A stretch of DNA of 27,116 nucleotides from Verrucomicrobiales bacterium. Lineage in GTDB: Bacteria > Verrucomicrobiota > Verrucomicrobiia > Verrucomicrobiales > V1-33. Shown here piece by piece: positions 17,285 to 26,979 of the stretch. The DNA lies in contig JANOAV010000210.1 of the NCBI GenBank assembly GCA_031411295.1, positions 1-27,116 of the forward strand, given 5' to 3'. A program made the position numbers and the translations under genes. The stretch's first letter is position 1. Each line of letters begins with the position of its first letter. A model generated the notes under the pieces. The model saw only the letters and a program-made list of their open reading frames with translations, was not told where the DNA came from and made no database searches.

Positions 17285-17874
17285 AATCTCTCGCCATTTA
17301 TTGCGGTTCCAGTGCTGGATTTGATGCCGGATTTGCTCAATTGGCTAAATCCGCGGGGCGGACGATGGCGGAGCGGGGAATCACGCTGGTGTATGGTGGT
17401 GGTCGGGTGGGATTGATGGGGGCGGTGGCGGATGGGGCTTTGGAGGCTGGGGGACGGGTGATTGGGGTTATTCCGGAATTTCTTAACACGGTGGAGTTGG
17501 CGCACCATGGCTGCACCGAACTGCATGTGGTCCGCAGCATGCATGAGCGCAAAGCGTTGATGGTGGAACGCAGCGAAGGATTCGTCGCGTTGCCGGGTGG
17601 CTTCGGGACGTTGGATGAAATCTTTGAGGCGCTGACGTGGAGTCAGTTAGCGCGACACCCTTGGCCCTGTGCGCTCCTGAACTATGCCGACTTCTACACC
17701 CCATTGCTAAGCTGCCTGGACGGCATGGTAACGCAGGGATTCATGCGCACAGCGGATCGGGAGCGCTTGCTGGCGGGCCCAGATTTCGCGCAACTGTTGG
17801 TGGCCATGGAACAATGGCGGCCACCGGCGGGCACCAAATGGACCGAGCCATGGATCACCCAGATCGAGTTTTAG
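17281..17874 (+). CDS. LOG family protein (nucleotide 5'-monophosphate phosphoribohydrolase)
   Basis: AIYCGSS, LVYGGGRVGLMG, GVIP, SMHERK, LPGGFGTLDE; ATGA overlap with the flippase stop. Confidence 0.93.
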   Translation: MKSLAIYCGSSAGFDAGFAQLAKSAGRTMAERGITLVYGGGRVGLMGAVADGALEAGGRVIGVIPEFLNTVELAHHGCTELHVVRSMHERKALMVERSEGFVALPGGFGTLDEIFEALTWSQLARHPWPCALLNYADFYTPLLSCLDGMVTQGFMRTADRERLLAGPDFAQLLVAMEQWRPPAGTKWTEPWITQIEF

Positions 17875-18905
17875 GACTTGCGGGGTTTCCAGAATCGAGC
17901 CAGCAGCCATGCCGCTCCCAGCGATGCGGCCAATGTCAGTGGTAAGGAGACGCCGACTGCAGTGGCAGGGGGCAGGGTGGTAAACCACCCCCAATGCGGT
18001 AGCACCGCGTAGAGGATTTGCAGATGAATCACATACAGCACCAGTGAGTTTTGGCCCACGAACTGCAGCAGTTTCAGTTGGGCCACCCGTCGGCAACTGG
18101 CGAATCCTGCTCCCAGCAATAGCACCCAACTTAAGCGTTCGAGAAAGAAATCCGGTTGGGCGAGCGAGGTCACCCCAGGATTTGCGGGGACGAGCCACGA
18201 AGCCACCCAGGCGGCGGCCGCACCAATGACGAATATCCCTGCGCGCCCCTGCCAACGCGAACCCACTGCTCCCAATGCCGCGAAGCCCAACCATGGCAGC
18301 AACGGAAACAAGGCTCCATAGCTGACATTAGTCCAAATCAGCAGCAGGCTGGAAACCTGATTTCCCTCAGTCCAGGTAGTCGCCACGGGAGCCAGGGCCA
18401 CGGATACGATTGCTAATCCTAACGTGAAAAAATCAAACTTCCTACCTTGCTGAAAAATTCTGCCCAGCAACAGCAGCAAGCCCAAAGCAACCGCCAGGCA
18501 GGACAAAATATCCACCGTGCAAAGCCAGTGCACCAGCACGGTGCAGAAGCTCTGGGTGCCACTGAACCAGGCCGCCAAAGGCACCCGCAGCGCGAACCCA
18601 AGCCCAAAAATCATGACCAGTCGGCGGATGCGTGCTTTGTTGAGGCGGAGCAATTCCCCGCGTTCCCAGACGTGACGCATGGCATGTCCCTGGACGAAAC
18701 CAGCGATGAACAAGAAGGACGGGGCGACGAGTCCATTGGCATAGTTCAGCCATGGAAACCACGCCGTATGAAGCCATGCCGGATCCCTTGAAGCATTGAA
18801 GCAGTGCGTCCAGACCATCCACAGCACGGCTAACCCGCGCCACGAATCCAGCCAGATGAGACGAGAGGCGGTGGGGGGATTGGAATGTAGGGAAGAGGCG
18901 GTCAC
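17871..18905 (-). CDS. Membrane acyltransferase-like protein (DUF1624/HGSNAT-like)
   Basis: RLIWLDSWRGLAVLWMVWTH, APSFLFIAG, DILSCL, FPLLPWLG, GQNSLVLYVIH; GTG start. Confidence 0.82.
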   Translation of the reverse strand: MTASSLHSNPPTASRLIWLDSWRGLAVLWMVWTHCFNASRDPAWLHTAWFPWLNYANGLVAPSFLFIAGFVQGHAMRHVWERGELLRLNKARIRRLVMIFGLGFALRVPLAAWFSGTQSFCTVLVHWLCTVDILSCLAVALGLLLLLGRIFQQGRKFDFFTLGLAIVSVALAPVATTWTEGNQVSSLLLIWTNVSYGALFPLLPWLGFAALGAVGSRWQGRAGIFVIGAAAAWVASWLVPANPGVTSLAQPDFFLERLSWVLLLGAGFASCRRVAQLKLLQFVGQNSLVLYVIHLQILYAVLPHWGWFTTLPPATAVGVSLPLTLAASLGAAWLLARFWKPRKS

Positions 18906-19020
18906 GGTAGGATTTCATTACTCCCCGTCGGGCCGCGCGCCAGTTCTATTTCGCCTGTCCTCCCCCAGATGTGCGAAACGGGAAGTTTGATTTCTGCTGA
19001 AATGCTTTGATATTGTCCCC

Positions 19021-21447
19021 ATGGCATCCCTCCTTCACCTTTCAATCCTTCTGCTTTTGATCTCTGCTGTGCCCCTTTCGGGTGCGGTGGATTTCTCCCA
19101 TCAAATCGTTCCCCTGCTCCGCGAGAAGTGTGCTGAGTGCCATACTGGCACCAAGAAGAAGGGCGGGCTCAGCATGAATGATCGGGAAACGTTGCTTGAG
19201 GGTGGCGAAAACGGGGCCGTGGTGGTTCCGGGAGCTTCGGGTAAAAGCAAACTCTTGGAAGTCATCACTTCCGCCGACCCGGACGAACAAATGCCGCCCA
19301 AAGGAGATCGCCTCACTGCCGCGCAAGTTTCCTTGCTGCGGACTTGGATTGATGAGGGAGCAAAGTGGGAGGATGGATTCGCCTTTCAAAAGAAAGCCTA
19401 TGATCCACCGCTGAAGCTGCGATCAGTCGTTCTACCACCGCCTGTGGCAGGTCGGGAGCATCCGGTGGATCGCTTGGTGGAGGCGTATTTGACGCAACAT
19501 AAATTGCCTGCTTTGGGGACCATCAGCGACAGCACGTTCCTGCGTCGAGTCTATTTGGATTTGATCGGACTATTGCCGGAACCTGCGGAGTTAGCGAAGT
19601 TCCAAGCCGACACGCGCCCAGACAAACGAGCCCGTTTGGTGGATGAGTTGCTGGCGCGGGATGTGGACTACGCCGAGCACTGGTTAACGTTTTGGAATGA
19701 TCTGCTGCGCAATGATTACGGCGGCACGGGATTCATCACGGGGGGGCGAAAGCAAATTACCAAATGGCTCTATACCGCGTTGCTAGAGAATAAGCGATAT
19801 GATCAATTTGCCAGAGAATTGATAGCGCCAAGCCCCGAAAGCGCAGGTTTCAGCGAGGGCATTAAATGGCGAGGAACCGTGAGTGCCGGCCAGACCGTGG
19901 AAATTCAATTTGCCCAGAGCACGAGTCAGGCGTTCCTCGGCATCAACATGAAGTGCGCCTCATGTCATGATAGTTTTATCGACCGCTGGAAACTCAGCGA
20001 AGCTTACGGGCTGGCCGCCGTGGTGTCGGCCAAGCCACTGGAGTTGTTCCGCTGCGATAAGGCCCAAGGCAAGATTCAACCAGCGGCCTGGATCTTCCCC
20101 GAACTTGGCCAGATTCACCCTGAGAAGCCTGTGGCGGAGCGCCAAAAGGAGATGGCAGCGTTGATGACCATGCCGGAGAATGGTCGATTCGCCCGGACCA
20201 TTGTGAATCGCTTGTGGCATCGCATGTTCGGCCGGGGGCTGGTGCATCCGGTTGACTCCATGGGCACGCCGCCCTGGAGTGAGGAACTTCTGGACTGGCT
20301 GGCGGCGGATTTCGTAGCTCATGGCTATGACCTGAAACACACGCTGGCGTTGCTTGGTAAATGTCAGTCCTATCAGTCTGCGGCCCAGATCGTGAAGCCA
20401 GATAGCGATGACCATGGTTATGTCTTTGCGGGGCCGCGCGCCAAACGTCTAAGCGCGGAGCAATTCACCGATGCCGTCTGGCAACTCACCTCCGCTGCGC
20501 CCACGAAATTTGACGCTGATGTGATCCGCCGCAGTCCCAAGGATCCGGTGCCGCCCGCCGATCCGGCGGTCAATGTGAGTTGGATCTGGGGTGATTCTGC
20601 TGCGGATAAAAAAGTGCCCGCCGCAGGCGAAACGATTTCCTTGCGCAAGAAATTCACTCGCTCAGCCAACCTGCAACATGCTGCTGCGTTCATGAGCTGT
20701 GACAATGAGTTCACGCTGTATCTCAATGGCAAGAAAATAGCCGCGAGTGACAACTGGGAGAAACCGCAAACGGTGAGTCTCGATAGCGCATTGAAGAACG
20801 GGGAGAACGAACTGTTGGTGGTCGCCAAGAACGCTGGCAGTGGCCCGAATGCGGCGGGCTGGTATTTTGACGCTCGCTTCCTGGCCAAGGATGGCAAGGC
20901 CACCCACGTGGTGAGTGATGCCACGTGGGAGTGGTCAAGCACCCTGCCGAACGCTAAAGGTAGCTTCGGCAAGGCGCTCCCAGCATGGAAGCCCAGCCTC
21001 ATCGTGCCCACGGTCGGAGCTTGGAAAGCGCGGGTTGACGATGTGGCCAGTGCGGAATTGATGCAGCAGTTCGGTGCTGGCGCTCGCATGGTGCGGGCGG
21101 GGTTGTTGAAGAGCGATTTTCTAATGCGCACGTTGGGTCGGCCGAATCGAGATCAGATTGTGAGCCTACGCCCCAACGATCTCAGCACGCTGGAAGCCAT
21201 TGATCTGGCCAATGGCAGTATCCTCGCGGACTACCTGAAGCAAGGAGCTGCCGGCTTGGTGGCCAGGGCGGACGGCAAAACGGATAATTTGCCGGGCTAT
21301 TTGTATCGCTACGCACTCTCCCGGGAACCCACCGCAGAGGAGTTGGCGACGATGCAAGAATTGCTCACCCCAACGCCAACCACAGACGCCGTGGAAGACG
21401 GCCTCTGGGGAATCTGCATGCTTCCAGAATTCCAACTCGTTCGTTAA
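19021..21447 (+). CDS. Planctomycete cytochrome c + DUF1549 + DUF1553 (PSD1) protein with inserted jelly-roll domain
   Basis: Signal peptide; CAECH...VVPG...MPP...WIDEGA; HPVDR, FLRRVYLDLIG, CASCHD; FARTIVNRLW..MFGRGLV; ELLDWLA. Confidence 0.92.
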   Translation: MASLLHLSILLLLISAVPLSGAVDFSHQIVPLLREKCAECHTGTKKKGGLSMNDRETLLEGGENGAVVVPGASGKSKLLEVITSADPDEQMPPKGDRLTAAQVSLLRTWIDEGAKWEDGFAFQKKAYDPPLKLRSVVLPPPVAGREHPVDRLVEAYLTQHKLPALGTISDSTFLRRVYLDLIGLLPEPAELAKFQADTRPDKRARLVDELLARDVDYAEHWLTFWNDLLRNDYGGTGFITGGRKQITKWLYTALLENKRYDQFARELIAPSPESAGFSEGIKWRGTVSAGQTVEIQFAQSTSQAFLGINMKCASCHDSFIDRWKLSEAYGLAAVVSAKPLELFRCDKAQGKIQPAAWIFPELGQIHPEKPVAERQKEMAALMTMPENGRFARTIVNRLWHRMFGRGLVHPVDSMGTPPWSEELLDWLAADFVAHGYDLKHTLALLGKCQSYQSAAQIVKPDSDDHGYVFAGPRAKRLSAEQFTDAVWQLTSAAPTKFDADVIRRSPKDPVPPADPAVNVSWIWGDSAADKKVPAAGETISLRKKFTRSANLQHAAAFMSCDNEFTLYLNGKKIAASDNWEKPQTVSLDSALKNGENELLVVAKNAGSGPNAAGWYFDARFLAKDGKATHVVSDATWEWSSTLPNAKGSFGKALPAWKPSLIVPTVGAWKARVDDVASAELMQQFGAGARMVRAGLLKSDFLMRTLGRPNRDQIVSLRPNDLSTLEAIDLANGSILADYLKQGAAGLVARADGKTDNLPGYLYRYALSREPTAEELATMQELLTPTPTTDAVEDGLWGICMLPEFQLVR

Positions 21448-21465
21448 TGAAATGCCGCAACCGCC

Positions 21466-21530
21466 GGAGTTCGGGCCTCCGCCCGTAACTAATCCCAAAG
21501 AAAACGCTCACGGGCGAAAGCCCTAATTCA
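21466..21530. repeat. Degenerate REP-like inverted pair
   Basis: GGAGTTCGGGCCTCCGCCCGT ... ACGGGCGAAAGCCCTAATTCA, imperfect inverted repeats in the intergenic gap. Confidence 0.55.
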
Positions 21531-21548
21531 AACTTAAGCTCCAATTTT

Positions 21549-22991
21549 ATGAACTCACTCGATCTCCACCAACCTGAATTTCTCCTGCGTCGCGATTTCC
21601 TGAAACGCCTGTCGGCGGCTTCATTCGCCACGCTGGCCATGGGAGAGCCCCGGGCCCGGGCGGAAGCGATCATTCATCCGAAGGCCACAGCGGATGCGGT
21701 CATTGTGCTTTGGATGGCGGGAGGAATGGCCGCGCCTGACACTTGGGATCCCAAGCGTTACCTGCCATTCAAGGTGGGCACCAAGATTGCCGATATTTTG
21801 AGCACGTTTCCAGCGATCGATACGAACGTTGACAACATCAAAATTTGTCAGGGCTTGGAAAATCTTGCGCAAGTCATGGATCGGGCTTCGTTGATTCGTT
21901 CCCACACGTTGCCGGACTTGGGGAGCATCCTGCATTCCCGACATCAATATCACTGGCACACTGGTTATGTGCCGCCGCAGACGGTGGCGGCTCCGCATAT
22001 TGGAGCCTGGATGTCGAAGGTCTTGGGGCCGCGCAATCCGGTCATTCCGGCATTTATCAATATCGGTCAACGTTTGGAAGGGGTGGGGGAGAGCGAGGAA
22101 GTGAAGGCCTTCACCACCGGTGGATTCTTCGGTAATGAACACGGGCCCATGAATCTAGCCTACCCTGAAGAGGCCGCACAAGCAGTGCGCCCGCCGAAGG
22201 GGATGGAGCCAGGGCGATTCGAAAATCGTGACAAATTCTTCAAGAAGTTAGTCGATAAATCACCGCAGCGTGACTACCTCAGCGATTACCAACAGGAGTC
22301 GATGTTGCGCTCGATGGAGAATGCCCATCGGTTGCTGAGTTCGAAGGATCGGGCCGCCTTTGATATCACCTTGGAACCCAAGGAAAGCTACGATCAATAC
22401 AACACCGGACGCTTCGGCCAAGGCTGCTTGCTCGCGCGGCGGTTGGTGGAAGCGGGCGCGCGCTTCGTTGAAGTCACCACGGAATACGTGCCGTTCCTGC
22501 ACTTCGATACCCACGCGGATGGACACACTACCATGGAGCGGATGCACAAGGAAATTGACATGCCCATAGCACGACTGATTCGTGATCTGGAAGCGAAGGG
22601 GTTGCTGGATCGCACGTTAGTGATCATTGCCAGCGAGTTCAGTCGCGACATGATCATGGAAGGTAAACCCGGCTCCACCGCGAATGACCAAGCCGGCTAC
22701 AAAGGCGAGACCCTGCAGGAAATGAAGCACTACGGACAGCATCGGCATTTCACGGCCTCATCCTCAGTGGTCATGTTCGGTGGCGGCATGAAGAAAGGTT
22801 TCCTCTATGGCGAAACCGCAGATGAGCGTCCGTTGTTAGTCACAAAGAATCCTGTCACCATTCCAGACCTGCACGCCACCATTATGACGGCCATGGGCAT
22901 CAGTCCAAAAACGGTCTTCGATGTGGAGAAACGTCCATTTTACGTCACCGAAGACGGTAAGGGTAAATCAGTCAGCGAGCTATTTACTTAG
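21549..22991 (+). CDS. DUF1501 domain protein with Tat signal
   Basis: LRRDFLK, VIVLWMAGG...DTWDPK, FGQGCLLARRLVEAGARFVEV, FDTH, ASEFSR, DLHATI; usual partner of the upstream DUF1549/DUF1553 gene. Confidence 0.93.
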   Translation: MNSLDLHQPEFLLRRDFLKRLSAASFATLAMGEPRARAEAIIHPKATADAVIVLWMAGGMAAPDTWDPKRYLPFKVGTKIADILSTFPAIDTNVDNIKICQGLENLAQVMDRASLIRSHTLPDLGSILHSRHQYHWHTGYVPPQTVAAPHIGAWMSKVLGPRNPVIPAFINIGQRLEGVGESEEVKAFTTGGFFGNEHGPMNLAYPEEAAQAVRPPKGMEPGRFENRDKFFKKLVDKSPQRDYLSDYQQESMLRSMENAHRLLSSKDRAAFDITLEPKESYDQYNTGRFGQGCLLARRLVEAGARFVEVTTEYVPFLHFDTHADGHTTMERMHKEIDMPIARLIRDLEAKGLLDRTLVIIASEFSRDMIMEGKPGSTANDQAGYKGETLQEMKHYGQHRHFTASSSVVMFGGGMKKGFLYGETADERPLLVTKNPVTIPDLHATIMTAMGISPKTVFDVEKRPFYVTEDGKGKSVSELFT

Positions 22992-23002
22992 GACGTGAGC
23001 CG

Positions 23003-23283
23003 CGTGGAGGGCTACGTTAGGAGACCGGGAACGTGCAACGCGGGTTGGTCCAGATACTCGCTGGTCTCGTTACCCCGCCCTCCACTTTTGGGGATCATAA
23101 AACGTGGAGGGCGACGTTAGGAGACCGGGAACATGCAATGCGGGTTGGTCCAGATAGTCGCTGGTCTCGTTACCTCGCCCTCCACTTGGGGTTCATGAAA
23201 CGTGGAGGGCGACGTTAGGAGACCGGGAACGTGCAACGCGAGTTGGTCCGGCCAGTTGCTGGTCTCGTAAACTCGCCCTCCAC
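23003..23283. repeat. Three tandem 83-bp REP-doublet hairpin units (BIME-like), period 98-100 bp
   Basis: Units at 23003-23085, 23103-23185 and 23201-23283; each is CGTGGAGGGCGACGTTAGGAGACC...GGTCTCGTTACCTCGCCCTCCAC with small variants; lies between convergent genes. Confidence 0.92.
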
Positions 23284-23295
23284 TACTCCACGATT

Positions 23296-25593
23296 TCACA
23301 ACGTCGATGGAGCAATTTTCAACAACCGCTGGGCTTCTTCCAGCAGGAAGTCAGCCCGCATGAATGGTTCGTAACCGATATGCTGCCAGCGAATTTGACC
23401 CTTGCCGTCCACGAGGAAGGTGCCGTGAAGTGGCTTGCTCTCAAAGTCATCGAAGGCATCGAAGACACGGAAGGCACTTTGCGTCGCATCGGAAAAGATG
23501 GGGAACGGCAGGGCTCCGCCTTCCTTGCCTAACTTGACGGTTTCCGCCACGCCGAGCGGCGTGTCCGTGCTGAAAGCTAGGATCGGCAGGCCGGCCTTCG
23601 TGTAGTCCGCCGCTAGGGGTTCGAAGGCCCGCAACTGTTGCACACAGTGGGGGCATCCTTTGCCGAGGAAGAATAAGGCCAGATAGGGTTTGCCAGCGTA
23701 ATCGGCCTGGGAAACGAGCTTGCCGTCAGCGTCGGACACTTGCCATGAGGGGGCGGGACTGGGCTTCCACAGCAGCGGCCCAAGTGTGTCGAGCGGGGGG
23801 CGGGAACCCAGATCACTGGCGGGCGCGGCCGGTGTGCGCCAATCGGTGGCTGGATTGAGGCGCAGCAGGATCGCCAAATTAGAATCACTGTTGCCAGCAA
23901 TGGTGCGTAGTTTTTCGAATTCAGTTTTGGCCTCGTCCTCTTTGCCGGCGGCCCGCAGTGCCTCGATATACTGTGCGGTGGCGTGGACTTGCTGGGGATT
24001 CTTCTCCGCGTAACTCTTGGCAGTTTTCAGAGCGCCCTCGTTATTGCCGAGTAAGAGATCGAGCCGCACCAAGCGTGGCTCTGGCACCCCTTTGAGTTTC
24101 TTGCGCTGCTCCTTGGCTTGGTCGGTCTTTGCCTCTGCGAGGGACTGATAGACTTCAATTTCTTCGATCAGTCCGAATGCTTGCGTGATTTTAGCCGTGA
24201 AACGAGCGACCACTTCGTTCAGCGATTTATTGATCGCCTCGGCGTTTTGATCTTTGCCACGGGCACTCGCTTCGGCCTGTTCCAGCGCCTCGGCGCGTTG
24301 TTTGCGAAGTTCGGCCAGTTTGTCGCGCAAGGCTTGCAGTGAGGCCAGGCCTGCGGCGGTGTTACCTTTGCCATACTGGGCCAGGCTGATCAGATGCAGG
24401 CGTGCTAGTTGTTCCGGGAGTTCCGTTCCGGCATTCAGATAGGGCGTTTCCGCCAGCGCCAGCACCTCGTCCCAGCGTTCCCACTGCAACAACGTTTCCA
24501 CCAAACGCTGACGCCCCAGAGTATAGGCCGTGCCGCCAGCATCCCACTTTTGATCCGGATCTTTGTCCACTTTGCGGGAGCGGGGGATGCGGGGTTCTTC
24601 AATCATGTTTTTCGCGAACGCGATGGCGTCGGTGACGCGGCCATAGTGGTTCCAATTCCGGATCATCCACTCACTGTTGTGCGCGTAGTTGTGAATCTGA
24701 TCCGGCATCGTGCGACGCTCGATCATGTGGCGATGATCCACGCGCACCGAGGCTTCCTGCTGCCAGGCGGCATCCTGCCAGCGTTTTAGATCCGTGTAAA
24801 TGTGCCCTGGCATGTGCCACATGTGGGCAATATTAGTTGCACTCGGACCGCACTGGGCGGCATTCGGAATGCCGTTCTTGGCTCCTTCCGCGTCCCAGAG
24901 ATGAATCAGGAAATGGTGCGTTGGATGCAGTGGTTGCTTCGCCAGGATCTGGTCCGCCAGCGCCTGCGTGCTTAGGGGGCTACTGTTAGGGATGTTCCGA
25001 CGCGATGAGTTCCACCACGTTTGATAAACCACGAAGGCCTTTGCCTCCAAGTTGTCCGGCTCCCGACGCGAGATTTCCTCCCAGTCCCGCACCACCTTAC
25101 GAGCCTGGGCCTTGCGTTCGTCGTCGCTCTTGGTGGCGGCGAAATATTTCTCCGTGCTCTGAATCCACAGTTTCTCGATCTCGCTGGCTTTCGCGAGGTC
25201 CTTAACCGCCTTGGCGATGATATCGCGGGCGCGGGCTTCATTTTCCACATTGGCCATGGCCATACCCCAGTAGCCCATGACGCAATCAGGGTCCAGGAAG
25301 AGCACCTGACGGAACGAGCGTTCCGCTTCATAATACCAGAATCCATGGAGTTGACCGACGCCTTGGTCGAAGAATTTCTGAGCCTCGGCGGACTTCGTCG
25401 TCACCGGGAAATGAACCTCGCCTGTGCCGCCCAGCAACACCGCAAACCGTCGTGGTCCATCATCGAAACTATCCCCATGCACGGAGTGGCCGGGGCGTTC
25501 CTGCAAAACCGATTCCTCTGCTCGCAAGGGCAGGCCAAGGAGCAGTGACAGGTTGAGCAGACGGGCAATCAAAGGTTGAGACGAGAGGCGCAT
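23296..25593 (-). CDS. Secreted TPR-like His-rich protein with C-terminal redoxin (AhpC/TSA-like) domain
   Basis: Signal peptide; AQKFFDQGVGQLHGFWYYEAERSF, HPTHHFLIHLWD, HMWHMPGHIY; C-terminal APSW...LFFLGKGCPHC...HGTFLVDGKGQIRW. Confidence 0.88.
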   Translation of the reverse strand: MRLSSQPLIARLLNLSLLLGLPLRAEESVLQERPGHSVHGDSFDDGPRRFAVLLGGTGEVHFPVTTKSAEAQKFFDQGVGQLHGFWYYEAERSFRQVLFLDPDCVMGYWGMAMANVENEARARDIIAKAVKDLAKASEIEKLWIQSTEKYFAATKSDDERKAQARKVVRDWEEISRREPDNLEAKAFVVYQTWWNSSRRNIPNSSPLSTQALADQILAKQPLHPTHHFLIHLWDAEGAKNGIPNAAQCGPSATNIAHMWHMPGHIYTDLKRWQDAAWQQEASVRVDHRHMIERRTMPDQIHNYAHNSEWMIRNWNHYGRVTDAIAFAKNMIEEPRIPRSRKVDKDPDQKWDAGGTAYTLGRQRLVETLLQWERWDEVLALAETPYLNAGTELPEQLARLHLISLAQYGKGNTAAGLASLQALRDKLAELRKQRAEALEQAEASARGKDQNAEAINKSLNEVVARFTAKITQAFGLIEEIEVYQSLAEAKTDQAKEQRKKLKGVPEPRLVRLDLLLGNNEGALKTAKSYAEKNPQQVHATAQYIEALRAAGKEDEAKTEFEKLRTIAGNSDSNLAILLRLNPATDWRTPAAPASDLGSRPPLDTLGPLLWKPSPAPSWQVSDADGKLVSQADYAGKPYLALFFLGKGCPHCVQQLRAFEPLAADYTKAGLPILAFSTDTPLGVAETVKLGKEGGALPFPIFSDATQSAFRVFDAFDDFESKPLHGTFLVDGKGQIRWQHIGYEPFMRADFLLEEAQRLLKIAPSTL

Positions 25594-25868
25594 AGATGCC
25601 TATTTTCTCCGCGTGGAGGGCGCAAGGCAAGTTCGATTCCATACTCAAAGTCGGCGGCGGTCTGGCATCGAGGTTGGAGGGATCGCCCAAGCTGGTTGCG
25701 CCTTACTTGCTAGGCGGTGCGAGCAGTCGATCCAGCGCAGAACTCCGTTTCACACCGAGTGCTAACGCCTTCGCATAGTGAATTTTTTGCAGGTCCCGTT
25801 TACCCTCTGAGGCTAGGAGCACGGCACGATTGTAATGCGCTTCTCCGTCGTGCACTGTGCAGTTGGTG

Positions 25869-26979
25869 CTACTCTTTATCAGCCGCCGTCACTCGAAACT
25901 TCGTTACCCCTGACTGCAAACTTCCAGCCCATGCTGGTTGACCTTGGCGGTGGAACAACAGTTCTGCCAAAGTCTCCAGAGCTTTGGGGGATTTATCAGC
26001 CACAAACGCTGCGTTGATTTCTGCACTCACTGGCGTGCCGAACAACTCCATGGCCACCCGATAGAGCAACCGCTCGCGTGCCGTCTGATCGTCTGGAAAC
26101 GGCAGGTGTCTGGCAAGGCGAGCACGGATGTAATCCAGCCACCAACGGGGTTCGCCATCGAGCTTCAATTGCTCTTCCTCGTTCCAATCCATCAGTGAAA
26201 TGGGCGCTGTGGTGACGGTCAAGTCATCACCTGCCTGGGCTGCAATCCAGGTGCCAACGGGGATCCCATCCTTCTCCACTTGCCCCATTTTCCCCAGTCC
26301 CATGCCGGGCGAGTTCACCTCTAGAAACTCACCTGGTGCCAAACGATACGTCAGCAAAATGCCGCGCGTCATCAATTCCACCGATTCCGTTTTCAGCTCC
26401 GCTCCCTTGGTATCGGTGGCCTTATGTGCCAGTTGATGCCAGCTGCGGGTGCGGAAGGTAACTGGTTCTTTGCCTGCATTATGAATCAACGCCCGGGCCT
26501 TCAACGCAGTTCCCAGCGGATGCTCTGCGGCGTTCGGTTCCAGCAGCCAAGCGTGTCGCAGACCGTTTGCTAGAGTTTCACCCCACGGAGCCTTGGCGAG
26601 TTCTGCTGGCAAGGGCTCTCCGGTGCGGATGATGTGCTGCGTTTCCTGCTCCAGTGCCATTTGAATGGGCGTTTCCTGCAACGCAGAAACTTCATTCAGC
26701 AACGCAACCGCATCTTGCCCACTCCAGTCATGCGTGGCATCGAAACGCGGCAGCAGCTTCTGAAGTTGTGGCGTGGTGGCCCAAATGGGGTTGTTCTTGA
26801 TAAACTTTTGCACGCTCTCACCTAATTTCCCGATGAGTCCGCCCGGAACCTTTCCGTCCATCCGCATGGCGTTGGACCAAGCTTTCAGCAATGCCTGTGC
26901 ATCTTTATGCTGCGGGGGAATTACATCCATGGAGCCCCGAGTCTCACCCGTGACTAGCTTCCCGGTCCATGCGCCCTCA
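25869..26979 (-). pseudogene. 3' portion of a host gene interrupted by an IS5-family element
   Basis: Protein-like ORF whose first ~11 codons (MAVKFICRTGS, from ATG 27011) lie inside the IS end; host-like sequence begins at EGAWTGKLVTGET. Confidence 0.7.

Noticed and set aside
23003..23283. CRISPR array or small ORFs (23033..23218, 23117..23299)
   Set aside because: Inter-arm sequences are near-identical rather than unique; the ORFs are by-products of the repeat.
23000..25621. 13-bp direct repeat CCGCGTGGAGGGC flanking the redoxin gene (23000-23012 and 25609-25621) as a mobile cassette boundary
   Set aside because: Short and GC-rich; the second copy lacks the rest of the REP arm and falls in the putative promoter spacer, so chance is plausible.
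1887..26825. Numerous antisense or alternate-frame ORFs overlapping the called genes
   Set aside because: Expected shadow ORFs in GC-rich DNA; none shows family motifs.
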